Below, in pieces: positions 36,537-54,295 of a DNA stretch of 64,000 bases (position 1 is the stretch's first letter; every line of letters begins with the position of its first letter). Made by a program: the position numbers and the translations under genes. This DNA comes from Paraspadella gotoi (Eukaryota > Animalia > Chaetognatha): NCBI GenBank assembly GCA_051294375.1, contig CM119263.1:14276414-14340413 (forward strand), given 5' to 3'. Below the pieces are notes generated by a model. That model saw only the letters and a list, made by a program, of their open reading frames with translations, was not told where the DNA came from and searched no databases.

Positions 36537-39500
36537 ATGTCTTTACCGTCGGCGACAATCAAGACGGAGCGCGCCGATATGGACGACAGCGGCGCGGCGC
36601 CGTCCTTCCATTTACTTTCTGCAGATGGCGTCGCTCTTCGGTCGCCGATGCCACCACCACGCAAAAGCAGCTCAGCGCCAAAGGACTTGAGCGAGATGGC
36701 GTCTCGCCGAATTTCGTCCGATGGGGCCGGCGTTAAACTTTCGCTATCTGACCGTTATCCGACGATAGTACAGGCGATTCTTGCCGGGGGTAGCGGCTCC
36801 GGGCAAGAGACGAAGCGCGAGTCAGTGACGCTTGAGCCGACGGCCGCGGACTCCCCGCCGCGCATCCCCTTTCCACGAATTGTCAAAGCTTTGAGCGCTC
36901 AAGAGGCCAAAACGCAGGACAATTTAGTGACTCAATCAATACAGGCAACGCAAACATCGTCAGGGGGGACGGAATTGAATCGCGAGCGAAAAACTGGCGC
37001 TCGTTCTGCCTCTCACTGCTTTAACGACTTGATACCACAATCTTTGACCGGTCCCAAAATCGAGATCACGCCTTCTAAAGGAAAGGGGTCTCCCATGGAT
37101 TTGAGTCTGGAAAGTCAAAAAGAGATTTTGAATAAATTTCACGCTGAAAATCCTGTGATGGTAAGTTATACAGTCTTGTGCAAAATATAGAGGCCACTCT
37201 AAAGCATTACGAAAATAAATCACGAGAGATTACTTCATTCTGAAGGATACTAAAGGTCAGTAATGTACATGGAAAAAGGAGCTATTGTGCAATTTTCAAT
37301 TTGCAAGCAATTTTCTTTTAAAGTAACTATTAACTAATATTGTGGGGAATACTAAATTCACCTCCCGTATAGCTTGGTAAAATTCAGGTCGTCCCATTGG
37401 CTTGGACAGCTAAGTACTCGTACACCAACCGTGAGTAACGTGTTCAATCCCCATACGGTGACGCTGGTTGAAACGTGATGGAGCCGGCATATGCTCGCTA
37501 ATAACCGTGTAGTCTATAATGTAACACTTGAATGATCAAACCCATTTTCTTTTAACTCATATATATGAATTACTTTTTCAAAAGTCAACATTTCCTAATT
37601 TTTTATAAAACATGAATACAACGCCAGTAAATAATGATTTAAATAAGGCTTTGGTTTTTTGCAGATCTTCAAAAATAGTTTTTTCACCATTTTGTTTTTA
37701 ACCAATAGTTTTTCTGGTGCTATAGCTCTTGAATGGCCGGACCGTTTTTTTTTCTACTTAAACGTATAGATTCCCCTTTTAAAAATCTACCTTTATGATT
37801 CAATCCATACTTTTAATAATACATGTTTGTAACGTGCGCAATTAAAGATTTTTAGATTGGCCTCTTATTTTTGTACAGGAGAGTGTCTTCTTTCTGATTG
37901 CTTTTCATCGATAATTTCTTCTTAGGATAAGAAGGCAAGGAAGATTTCAATACCCTGTGCAGCCATGCGGGAGATGAATATCAAGGATGGAGGTTCGGGT
38001 TTGTTTCCTAAAGATTATCAAATATGTGACAAGAGGTTAACGATTAGCGGAAGTCCAAAAGAGACGGCAGAAGATAATTGGAATGATTATTCGGTAAGGA
38101 AACCTTTATTTTTAATATAATTATACTTGTTTAGTTTTAAATAAAAACAAAGTGAAAGCTCACCAATATTAATTTGATTTAATTTAAAGCTGGTTAACAG
38201 AATTTAACTTAGAATAGAGTAGGATCCAAAGGATTTGATATTTTTCTATTTGTGATTTTGAAATTTATGTCTTGAGCTTAAAATTAATATAAATTGAAAA
38301 AATACAGCCAAATTTATTTTGCTCTAAAAATCTATTTTTGGTCAGCGCCCCCGACGAACACGCGGAAGCATGACAGGTGAAAAACGGACTCCGTCGGAAT
38401 CCGCAGAAGACGAGGAAAACGGCGGTGGAACAAAATGGCGCCGGTTTGGTGTGGGAACCAATGCGGACGACAGCTTAGTCTCGCCATGCTCCAAGACCTA
38501 CCCCGCATCGTACCCGATAGAAACTCCAAGATCGCCGTCTCACAAGTTCGCACATTCGCTGTCGCCAACGCCAACGCACTGGTTGGCCTTGTCGCCTTCC
38601 ACTCGTGGGTTCACCGTTGCCCCCAACGTGGCCAACGCCGCGTCACACACCCACGATCCTTCTTCAAATTCTCCCTCCGCCTTCGAATCCTCTTCATCAT
38701 CCCCGCGACAGATTTCTATTCCTTCCCGCGATTCAAAGTCCGTCGACTCGAAAGTGCAATTTCCTTCCCAAAACCGACCGAAGGCTGCCGCAGCAGCATC
38801 CGCCGCCACAGCAGTCACTGCAAACTCTGAATCGCAGCGTCCAAAGGTCGACGCCACCGCCGCCTCCGCCGCTGAATCCTTTTTCCCTTCGCAGCTTCGT
38901 CTCGATCCTAAAACTAATCGTTTCTCGACTTCGTCGTCGTCATCGTCGTCCACGAGTTTTTCGGAATTTAGTTCTTATCCTTTTCACCATGTCTCGCCAG
39001 CCGCCCCATCAAATCCCATCAACCCCATGAACGTTCTCTACCCAATGACGAATGCCTTCCACCCTTTTCCCTTCTCGTCTCCAATCCCAGCCTTGCCGAC
39101 GGACAACGCTCTTTACGGAGAGCCCTTTGCCCCGAAGACAGTTATCCTACCCGATGGGTCACTGCATTACACTATTCCCGCCATTCCAAGCAATCTTTTT
39201 CGCTTTCCATTGGCAGTCACGCCTCCAGAAGGGAGTATAGACGCGACGACACCTCCGCCGGCGAGAAACGCCTCGGTAACATTGAGGGCGCCGGCGTCTT
39301 CGCCCGTCTTCGATGCTTCGGAGATGGAGCAAGAGACGAAGATCGCCTGCGAAAGTATCGCCAGAAACGACGACGACGATGAAGATAATGTGGCGGTCAT
39401 GGATTTTAGTTTAGAAGAGAACGACAAGAAGGACGATGAAGGATTGGATTCGCTTACCGTTAGCATGGAGACGGAGATAGAGAAGACGACATCCTCCGAA

Positions 39501-39653
39501 GAAGACCGGGTTGAATTCGGGGAGGCTTTCAGAGCAGAGAGTAGGGTTCGAAAACAGGAGGGATTCAATGTTCCAAGAACGAAAAAAGATTGGATATTGA
39601 ATAGGGAGAGACAAAAGTCCGGCTTTGTAAAATCTGATGGTGGAAATATGTAA
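36537..39653 (+). CDS. Uncharacterised S/P-rich disordered protein; exons ~36537-37160, 37926-38093, 38346-39653
   Basis: Two long ORFs are joined in frame by an internal phase-0 exon (DKKARKISIPC...WNDYS). No folded domain recognised; contains IKTE and PMDLS motifs. Confidence 0.65.
37388..37515 (+). mobile_element. Possible tRNA-derived SINE head in an intron
   Basis: A-box-like TGGCTTGGACAG and B-box-like GTTCAATCC at tRNA-like spacing, in a GC-richer patch. No intact cloverleaf. Confidence 0.3.
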
Positions 39654-40825
39654 ATAGAAGTTTGACTCAACTGTCTAAAATATTTGTACTGTATTATCAA
39701 AACCACATAAATAAACAACAAATTATTAAAAACATTAGTCACGTTAAATAATTCTTTTTATGAAGCTAACTATTGAGATATATTATTTAATAACATTTGG
39801 CGTGCACTTAAAAAATTATCATTTATATAATTTATATAAAATTTTGCAATCAAACTTTTCATTTTTAACGTAATATGCCCTGACAGACAAACCTAAAAGA
39901 ATTGTCTTGAAAATCAAAATGAAAATGAAAAAAAAAGGGAAAAAAAGGCATTTTACTCGTAGCATCCCTTAGTCACACAGTTACCATTTAAGTGTGTCAT
40001 AACTAATAGTATTTTAACTTTGTTTTGATAAGTTTAGCGTCAACCTTAAGTATTTTTATTCTTACTTTAATTATCGTTAGTCTTTTTATTCTGAAAACAA
40101 ACTCGCGGCTCTGCTCTTTTGTTACGAAAATCAAATTTACCCGCAATGCCTCTGCCATCTTCGAAAGTCTATAGAATTTTTCCTTCGAAAATTTCGTCAC
40201 AGAATTCTTGCAAAAACCTATATTTTCACGGTAAGTGACGGTTATTATGCAATATTTGTGTATATTTTTCAATGGGGATGTTCCAAAATTCTTTGAGTCT
40301 CGTTATTTACCTCAAAACCTGTATCTTCATTGCAAACAGCATGCTCTTTGTTCAAGTTGCCATTTTGTACGTAGGTTTTTGACCAAATTTCAAAGTTTGA
40401 AAATGTTTAAAATTTTTCTTAAAGCTGTAATGCATAGTAGCAGTGAACTGAATGTACTGAGCGGGAAACAAGATATTATCTTTTCCACATGTGGCATAAA
40501 TATTATGTATGACGTACGTACAAATGTATATAGTCTCGGAAGATGAATACTTTTGAATAGTGACGTAGCAACGCTGTTATTCAGATCAGATAACTACCCT
40601 TGATTTAAATTTTAAATTGCTGTCTTTCATTGCTTTTTTAATGACGTGGCTATGCATTAATTTATAATTCGTTTTTTACCAATCCTATCTACCGTGCTTC
40701 CTGTATCTGTTAATCTTTGTATTTTCTTTTAAGCTCCTTTAACCGTGTGGATGAACGTGGCTTCATTGTCGAAAGAAACAATCTACCTCTAACGAAGTTT
40801 CTACTGGCTGCCACAAAACTATTCA

Positions 40826-44503
<3,678 letters not shown>

Positions 44504-47500
44504 ATCCAACCCTTGCCCCTCCCTATTTTCCCTCCCTAGCCCCGCACTTTCAACACTCATGGCCGTTAAGAGCGATAATCTTAACCATCTTTAGCCCCTT
44601 CGAACTACTTCACTCATCTTTGTCATCCTGTGTATATCATTTTCTTTGGAAATGTTCTTCCTTATCATCAACAAAAAATTTCCAAACTTTCCGACTCTTA
44701 AATCATCGACTAAGGTCGTCGATACCCTCCTTCAACATTGCATCCAACCACCTGTACAAAATTTCACTCAGACCCTCATTCCAATTAAAAAAACAAATCT
44801 TTCATAAGATAGTTGCTCCAGTTTATCATAAGAAAATGTCACAGTTGCCATCTCCTAGCTGCTCTGGTCAAGATGAAAGACGCTCTCAACGCTTAACGAG
44901 CTCTTCTTCGATCAAATCTCTCATCAGATAGTTCGGCTACGATCCTCTTCCCCCCCCCCTCTTGCCCTTTCCAGCCCTTTCTCAGTTGATGCCTAAATCT
45001 ACTAATTTTTGCGGAAATAATGAATTTTTGAAAATATCCTGAACTGCTTCAAATTGGCGTGCGATCATATTCGTTCTATTTCATCTCTTCATGGGCAAAA
45101 TACGCACGCTTCATTCCGAATACAGTTTCCATTCCAGCGATTCGCACACAGCATAGGAGACCCGTGATGGCTGCCATGTAAATTCATTACCCGAGCCTCA
45201 AACGACTACAAATCTAAAACAAAGAGTAAACATGGACGGCAAATTCTAAAGTGGAGCCTCCTTCTGTGATTTTTACCCGAACCTCCATGGATCGTCCCCA
45301 AATCGTCTGATTAGAAAATTGATCGAGACAGGTTGTTTTGAGCTTTTTGAGCCTGTCGCATTCCACAATTGACTGAGTTGTTTCCAGGTAGTTAATTAAG
45401 TTGGGCATTTCGAAATAAGATTAGCATAGTTACGACATCATTTGCTTTTAAAACTTAGGAAAAGTATGATTTCTATAATTCTGAAATTTTTTTTGCTTTG
45501 GCATAATGTTGTAAATTGTGTTATAAAAACTGACAACTATTCATTTAGTTTAACCCCCGCTATTTTTGGTTAGCAGTTTGCTTTTATAACTTTTATCTAT
45601 TTTAAAACGTTCTCGATTTTTAAATTTTTGGAGAGTTTAATGTAAGAATTTACGTTTGAAGGAATTTTATTATGAGCCCAATTCTCAGTCAACCTTTCTG
45701 CAGACACTTCTGTCATTTGTGATGCTTAATATGATTGCAATTGTCAAATCTTTCAGACTATCTGAAAGTTTTAGATTTTCTTAAAAGCCGTAGCAAAAAT
45801 GAGTAAACAGAGCAGTCCCTACTCTGTCATAAATTATTTATTGCACATAAAACAATTAGCCAGTTTTTTGTGCAATTCCTTCGTTTGTTTCGTCGATCGG
45901 TTCTGTTACGTTTTATTTGTCATAGTTTCTAAACGGCGTCTATTAAGATCATGATTCAAATGAAAATTTATGATTTCAATTTAACGCAAATTGCTAACTT
46001 TAAGGTTTTTTACCTTTCTGTGAGTGAAAATTTCGTCCATGAAATCTTTAAATACTTAACTGCAAAAAAATTTTACTCGAAATGTTCGCTATTTTTTAAA
46101 TATTATCTTACATTTTCAATTAGTAGTAATCAGTAATAATTTCCGTGTTGAAGATCTTAACTTGTCTTTGGGAATAAGCTTTTACCTACTCAAATGGGTG
46201 ATAAAAAGATTTGAATGTGATACATTTTAATGCTACGTCATTGTCTCCCCTTCATAATAATTGAATGTAGATGAGATTAAGCTAGGACGCCGTTTTTAGA
46301 CGATATATAAAAAATGTATAACTTTGACACATACGAGTTTCTTGTTTAGTATGCGTCTTAGTTATTTAAGAAATAAGTTTATTCTAGTAGATTTTAAAAT
46401 ATTTTTTCCTAAATTTTTAAATAAAAAATTCAATGAAGTTTCCGACTTTGTTATAGGATTTTTATTTCATTATTTTGCTCATTGTCATGGTCTAATATTA
46501 TCATCCTGGTTTCCTGCCACAGCATTTTTCCCATTTAATCTCTCTTTCTCTTTTTACAATTTAATATTCAGTCGAGAAAATCACGGAATATTGCCTGGCG
46601 GAAACAAGTCTCCCTATTGTTTAATTTCTTTTCGAAAGCTATCAAACTATTTGGATTGCAAGAAAACTATTTTGTTACATATTTTTTTTAAAACTAAGAT
46701 ATTCTTTGCAAAATAATTTTTCGATAAAATTAAATTTTTTTTTGTATATTTTTTTTTATTTTATTAAATTATATGCGTAAAACCAATGCAATTATTTTCT
46801 AAAGGTTAATCGAAGTTGTTTGATAGCTTGCGAAACTAAAAATAAGACCTTGAAGATCAATATTTCGGTACGAAGCTAAAATCTTAAAATTTTCGTCCCA
46901 ACTTCTTGGTTTTATTTTTTCGGGCTGAGTTTTAGTAGATGAGTTTTTTCTCTTACAATGTCGCGCTCGTTTATTTAATATAAAAGTTAATTCTTATAAT
47001 AAGCAGCTAAAATATTTTAACTGTAAAAACGAGCTTACCTTGATTGGCTACCAAGGACGATTTTGTAGTAGTTAAAACAGGGAGAAACTAAAACGACGCC
47101 CACCACATTTTTTTTCGGCAACGACCATCCTGCCTTACATATTTTTATTAGACGAGAGCAGGTACGGCGTACGAATTTAATTAGGCCTTTTCTGTTTTTA
47201 ATTTTTGTATCATCAGAATACAATAGAATTTCAGAAATGCAATTAGATCAATTGTATACGCTTTATTAATTTTCTCAGATGAAGAAAATAAACAATTTTG
47301 AATCCAAACTTTGATACTATTTGATAACAGCGAACTGGGATTACCCGATCACTAGAGCCGAGATAAAAATCTTGTTTATATAGAGTGACATTGTATGTTC
47401 TACAAACTGAATTTTAACTGAATGCTCAGCTTAAACAGAACTCAAATAGTTCAATACCTGTCAGTTTTATAACTCTGTTATTTTGAAATTGAATATTTTA

Positions 47501-47776
47501 CATATTTATTCATATTGGTACTACAAATCTGGTAAACACACGGGGCTAGGGTTTCTAACATTGATTTTGCAAAATTTTGCTTTAAAATGTACTGGGGTTA
47601 GGGGTTTAAGGGTAGTTAAGGGAGTTTTAAAGGGTAGTTTGGAATTACGGGTGGTTACTGGTTAGGGTTGGAGTTTAGGGTTAGAATAGGTAATAACTTA
47701 ATTTTTAATTTTAAATAATAAAATTGTTATTCAAAAAAGGCTAAAATCATAATCGAAAAAAGTAAAATTGGCATTT

Positions 47777-47906
47777 AATTTTATTTTCACCGGCTGGGGT
47801 TAGGGGGTGTTTAAGGTTAAGGATGGTTATAGGGTGGCTTAGGGTTAAGGGTGATTTAAGTAATTTTTCAAAAGAAGCCAAAACCCCAGTCGGCGAAAGT
47901 AAAATT
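47777..47906 (+). mobile_element. MITE-like element with ~25-bp TIRs and a GGGTTA-rich interior
   Basis: AATTTTATTTTCACCGGCTGGGGTT ... AACCCCAGTCGGCGAAAGTAAAATT are imperfect inverted repeats, and related copies occur elsewhere in the window. Confidence 0.65.
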
Positions 47907-48759
47907 TTAGCAATATCTAATATATTACAACATAATTCATAAAACGCATTATCGGTACCAAGGAGTCTTGAATAATGTCTTGTTTGGCTTAAATGGCGTT
48001 CTCGTTTGAATTCTACCGCTTTACCACAATGTCCTTGGCCCTCTGTGGCCGATTTGGTTGTCTCATTTGTTGAATCATATGACGATACGGGGAAGAACAT
48101 CGCATTTCTCAAGATTTTTCTGTTTATATCACCACATTATAATTAGCTCTATATTTTGAAGCCTTTTTCGGCATTATTAAAAAAATTATTATCCTTGTGG
48201 GGTGTGGTTTATTAAAAGATTTAGTAGAAGGAAGACAGTAGGAATTGTTGGATCGGAAAAAGTTGCAATTAAAAAATAAAATTTAATAAATAGAAATTTA
48301 CCGACATACTCGACTAAATTTAAATGAAATTAAAAGTAATTGAAAAAAAATTTATTGAAAATAGTAAATTTTATTAATATGAGTCGGTATTTAGCTTGTC
48401 AACGACGTAATCCGCCAATTCTCTCAAAGTAAATTCGTTGTCCACAACCGATTTGTTTTATATCCTTGAGATAACATGTTATATAAATTGTGAGGTTTTA
48501 ACCGTATGGCGTTATTCTCATTTTTGAAATCTTAAAACTCGTTAAATAACAGAGTTAACAAATTGTGCCAAATTAGAATGAGATTTTTGTAAGCTATACC
48601 GCTTTAGCTTCTTAATTTTAAACTTTTCATTTTCAGCCTGCGGATTTTAATAAGTTTTTTTTCTTCTTGGATTAAGTCATTCCATCGATATTGTGTCATC
48701 ACCCTTGATGTAGTTTGTGGCAATACTAAGAATCTGTAATAGATGACTCTCTTTGTGCA

Positions 48760-51452
48760 ATGAATTTGGGAGGTACAAATGAAGGACATCACTTGTCACC
48801 GTTTACGAGTGGAATCGACGCGCATTCGACGAACAAGAAATCTGGAGGAAATGGTACATTGCGGTTGTTCACTGAGAGAAATAAAGCCGGATTGCTCATG
48901 ACTTGTTTTTTCAACTCAGACAACGCTAAGGCTCCCGTGGAGGTTCCTCCATCGCCGTTACCATCTCGCCACTCATCATCATCAGATTCTATTAAGGACC
49001 CTGCGCAAACAAATCCCAACAACGAAAAAGCTCACAGGTTCTATTTATAGCTTGTGATTGTAGTTTTAATTTATATTTGGCATAGTTCGAAATAGTTTTT
49101 TTATTTTTATGCAATATGTATAGTAAATTACTTTATTACTCATAACCAACATGCAAGTATATTTTAATTGATATCATTAAACGTTGCATTCATTTGCAGC
49201 TCACCTGTCTCCTCAAAAAACAGCTCAACTACATCCTCTTTGGCTATCGGCAATAACACATATTTCTTGTTACCGGAACCTGTCATTTTAGAGCCTTTTA
49301 TTCATCAGGTATTTTGTCTTTTGTCGATTCTATTAAGGTTTTTTTTTTTTTGCGTTAAAGAAAATGCGAATTGAAACGAAATCGAGGCCGTTAAAATATG
49401 TACATTGTGTGAAAAAGTTTTAATTTCATTTTGGTTGTTTCAATTTTAATGAACTTAAATTTTTTTCTCCTATGGCTATGACAGTGTATATTATTAATAC
49501 TTAAATTTAAATTCATTTGTTTAGGTCGGAGGCCATTCATCCGTATTGCGATTTGATTCAACTACTCTTTGCAAACCTCTCATCCCCAGGGAAAAAAAAT
49601 TTTATGAAAGCAAAATACCTGTTGATCTAAAACCTTTTATTCCTCAGTTTCGAGGTACTAAATGTGTACTTTAAAATCATATTTTTACTCTTATTATTTA
49701 TAAAAAAATATTTTATTATCTGGTAGGCATTTTAGAAGTTAAGATTGTCGACGAACAAGATGGCTTTATTTCTTTGGAGGGACAAAAAATTTTTGGATTG
49801 CCGGATGTTTTAGAGTACCACAGGACACAAAGCCTGAATAATTCTCAAAGCAAATCGTCGCATCGGAAGTGGCAACGACCAATGACGTCTAATCACAATG
49901 GGGAAAATCAAGAAGTTCCTCCTAGGTTGTACCTTTTTGGCTTGTTCTATTGCTTTCATGAGAGTTATGAATAATTTGGTTTTCAGATTTCGTTTACGGC
50001 GATCTGGTTCCATTGAGATTCCCACTACCAAGTCATCTTGTGACGATAAGGGGACAAAAGAAGGTGCCAAGGACAATAAATCGCTGCCACCGGATTCTAA
50101 ATCTCCTATGTCCAAAGCGAAATTGTCCCTGACTGCGCCCAAGGACTTGGGTCTATCTGTGAACCCGGCCTCTTCTAGTCACGGAATGGCCATGATCAAT
50201 CCCTGGAATGTTCAAATGGTCAAAGCCGAATTGCGGAAAATGAGGAAGAAGGTAATTAAAAAAAAAATTTTTCTCGATTATTTTACGATTCAATAACGTT
50301 TTTCCACTTCCATCTGCTCACCCAGGACTCAAACAAGTTTCTCCTACAAGAAAATGCTGTTCACTCATTCCGGTGTCCCACGGTGATAGACCTCAAGATG
50401 GGGATTCGGCAACACGGAGACGATGCCAGTGAAGAGAAGAAAACGCGATTTATTGAGAAGTCCAAGAAGTCTACCTCCTCTAAATTAGGTGTTCGACTCT
50501 GCGGTTTGCAGGTACCGAGGAGTTTATTTGTTAACCCAATAGAATAGTCATTAGTCAATACACATTATATATCGAATTTTAATTTTTTTTTCTTGCAAAG
50601 GTATACCAAGCGAATACAATAAATACGTGTATGTTGACAAGTATTATGGACGTATCTTCTCTGTCGACGGATTCAAGAAAATCGTCTTCCTCTTCCTTTA
50701 CAACGGTGTTGAAGTTCGCCTGGATCTTATCGACACCATTCTCTCCAGACTCCGCCAATTGCACGACGTCGTGTCGGGCCTTTCGTCCTTCCGATTTTTC
50801 TCGTCCAGCCTCTTGATAGGTTACGACGGATCTTCGGCGCTGGCCGCCGAACCCCACGCTTCTTCGACGTCCACTATCAGCGAGCAGATGTCCGATCATG
50901 ATCTCGCGGTGAGTCGAGCTCCAAACGTAAATTAGTTTTATCTTTTTCAAATGTCACTCCTCGCATAAAAATCTCGCTAATAACGAAATAACTATTCATA
51001 TCATTATTTTCTTTTTATTCTATTTTAATATCCTTAAATTTTTACGGCCATAGCCTTCCGCGCATCCGCCGCTCGATACTTCCGGGAAGGACGCCAGTGA
51101 GATGGCTCTGCTGGCCGCCCCAGCCCGGTCTGCTCTTTCCCCCTCCTCGGTCGTCAACGCTTCCCCCGCTGGCTCCGCGTCCGCTCAAGCCTGTCGTCCC
51201 CACCGAGCCGTCGTGGCCGAAAAACCTTCTCCTCTGGCGCCCCTCATCGATATGAAGATGATCGACTTTGCTCACACGACGCACCGCGAGTTCGCCGACG
51301 AGATCAAGTACGACGGACCCGACGATGGATACCTACTCGGCCTGCGGACGATGATGGACATCTTCGAAGAGATTCGGTGCATGTCGCCCACCGAGACACA
51401 GGCGGTCATCGACTCGCTCAATTCCCTCGACGCCAACTCCTTGCGCCCTTAA
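48760..51452 (+). CDS. IP6K: Inositol hexakisphosphate kinase; about 8 coding exons
   Basis: [25 protein letters not shown], catalytic [33 protein letters not shown] and MIDFAH; the exons splice in frame. Confidence 0.93.
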
Positions 51453-52162
51453 TTAAACTTTGAACGGGGATCCTTTGATTATTAATTTTTATGGTTTGGG
51501 GGAGGGCCGATTTCAACCTGGGGGGGGGAATGAAATTTTTGTTTTTACTCTGCCCGAGTTTTTATTTTAATCGTGTATTGATTATTGCTAGAGTGTATAC
51601 AATAGATTTACAATGATGGTAAAAAACAATTTCTTCTAATGCTTTGATAACAGCTAGGAGCAAATAGGGTAGCTTTTCTTTGTTTTTAAATTTTGATATA
51701 CGTATTTAGTTTCTTAAACTTAAATAATTTGAAACATTTTTGTTTGACTATCGAGGGCTCAACCTAGATTTTTATTTAGTATGTTCTCGTTAAGTTTCTT
51801 TCATTAAAACTAGCCTTTTATTAAAACTAAACTAGCGTAAAGTACATCTGTTTTCACCTACGTCTCGTTAGCAGATCTATGCAAAACAAGCGAATTTTAC
51901 TGAATTTTAATTTAATTCTTCAACCCTTTAATTTTTGGGTCATGATTTAAAGAATGTATATTGTGCAGATGTATTGCTCGCCGCATATTTTGTTAGATAA
52001 ACTTTTCTCTCAAGAGTGCGCGTTATGTTGTCTTTCAGCTTCATGGGACAATTTGGATCAAACAAATGCGGTGTTGATTTTCCATCAGTCAGTTGGGTAT
52101 TACTAATCGCTTTTAAATTTTAAAACGTGCTTTATTTTTACCTGTTATTTGTATAATCGATA

Positions 52163-52332
52163 AAATTTAACCTTCGCCGACCGTGGTTTTGGCGTTTTGA
52201 AAAACTACTTAAAAATATTTTTTTTTCAATATTATTTAATTATTTTAAACCAAAACCCTTTTAATCTTAATTACCCTTAAACCATTTTTAACCCTAAACT
52301 CCCCCTAACCCCGGTCGGCAAAAATAAAATTG
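52163..52332 (-). mobile_element. Inverted copy of the MITE-like element at 47777
   Basis: AAATTTAACCTTCGCCGACCGTGGTTTTGGC ... CCCTAACCCCGGTCGGCAAAAATAAAATT, with a (TAACCC)-rich interior. Confidence 0.6.
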
Positions 52333-53565
52333 TGCCGTAAAATCTTATGGTGTTTTTATTCATATCAAGTAATGATACAGATTGATGCACGAATACATTA
52401 ACAGGCAAATAAAATAAAACAAACAAAAAAGAAAATGAATAAGTTAGTTAATCAAAGCATTGTTTCCCAGTATGTACCACAAAACATTATTTGTTAATAC
52501 AATGTTCGCCAAAAATTTTAACTGTCTTTGAAAGATTGTATAGATGTCGGGGTTTATAACCTTTGCTTTTCTTTGGTTTAATGTTTGAACGAAATTTTTA
52601 TTAAAATATATTTTTTTATCTGGAGATTGATTTTTTTCTTAAAAGCTTCCTTTATAGAGAGGGATTTGTTAAATATTCCCAGCGTTATACTGTGATATTG
52701 ATGAGATCGTATTACTGTAAATTAAGGGGAAAGCTTTTTGCCAGATTTTCAGCAAGTTGCAATCAAGGCATTCCTTTTGCAAGTCTGTTAGCGTTAAGCT
52801 TTTTAAAAATGAAAGGACAAAGTTTAGTCAGTGACGAGCAGTTTGATTATTTTAACCAAAATCTAGGAAATTAGGAAACCTATTTGGAATTATATTTATT
52901 AGTTAATAGTTATAATTAGTTATTATTATTAGTTATTATATTTATTAGTAATAATTCCAATTATAACAAAATAACGACCGGGGTTAAAGGTTAGGGTAAT
53001 TAGGTAATAATTTTTGTATATAATTTTAAAAAAAATAATTTTTTTAAAATACGCCAAAATTCCGGTCAAAATGCTTACTTATTATAGGGAAAAAATATTA
53101 GCGACTCATGTCTGCTTTCAGTAATTTCATAACAATTGAATTGCGTGGAGCCTTGAAGCCGAAACCCGGGAACGGCACCATTTTCCGTCCTTGTGTCGCT
53201 TTATTTCGAACGCTTCGTCCTTGTCCTCGCTCGACGTTCCACAAATGGGGAGAGGGAAGAGGAAGAGGAGAGAGGCAAGGGGCGAACGAGACGCAATAAA
53301 CGATTCCAAATTAGAATGGAATGGGGAAAAGGGGGACCGAGAAGAGGAGGAAGAAATCCGGCATCGCTCAATATGAGAAGGAAGAGGAAGAGGCGGAAAA
53401 AGTATGAAGACTGAGCTCGGATGGAATCGGCGTTTCGACGTCGAAAGCTTCGTCATTAACGCTGGTCTAAGGAATTCGCTCGCGTCGTGGCTTCGGGATC
53501 ACAACAATAATTTTTTGGCGAAATTCTCCTATACTTAATCCCCTTTTGTTGGAAACGAATGTTTA

Positions 53566-53725
53566 ATGGATACTTCTTTTAGCGCCAATCGTCATCCTGA
53601 GATACTTACAGTTATGTCGCCACCTTCATCAAGTTGCGATTCACCTTCCCCTCGAGGGCAGGTTAGATTTTTTTTTTCAATTTTCGTTTTTAAAATACGT
53701 TTACTGTACTATTATGATTATTACG

Positions 53726-53757
<32 letters not shown>

Positions 53758-54295
53758 GATTATTATGACTATTACGATGAATGTACCTGGATTTCTTAGG
53801 AATTCTCGCGACACCCGGAAGATTTGTCCGTGATTCAAAACCGTCCGCAAACCATCCGGCCAACTACTATTCAACGCCCGCCACACCATCTTGAGCCTCC
53901 GTCGGCTCCACGGATGGAGCCTCAACCTTCGGTACTCCGCCATCCCGTTTATACGTACCCAGGGATGGAATCGCAGCGCCATCAGACCGGCGCTCGTCTC
54001 GCGCCACAGAACGCGCGCTCTGGAAAGTTTCACTCTATTGACGCGCTCCTGGGCATTACTTGCGCAAAACTCCAGCAGCAGCAGCAAAATATGGAGTTGA
54101 ACTCGCAACCGCAGCAGTTGGAAAACAAGCCACACTCCGTCATCGATAAGCGCGAGAGCGATTTGGACAAACTGCGCCGGGGAGTCAAACACGAAGAGGA
54201 TATCGACGTCGGGAATAACAACAACAACAATGAGGAAGAATCGACAAGTCCGAAATTTCGTTTGGACGAAACCCGAGAAGCTTCCGACTTTTTCA
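53566..54295 (+). CDS. N-terminal exons (53566-53661, 53800-54295) of an eh1/octapeptide transcription factor, probably a paired-class homeobox gene (Rx-like); homeobox not found in the window
   Basis: In-frame splice; octapeptide FHSIDALLG at 54028-54054; poly-Q and poly-N tracts; GTGAGT donor at 54296 followed by a long gene-free region. The Rx assignment is inference. Confidence 0.65.
53714..53775. repeat. (TAT)n microsatellite in an intron
   Basis: Directly visible. Confidence 0.9.

Noticed and set aside
37388-37465. tRNA gene
   Set aside because: Box-like motifs are present but no consistent cloverleaf; kept only as a possible SINE.
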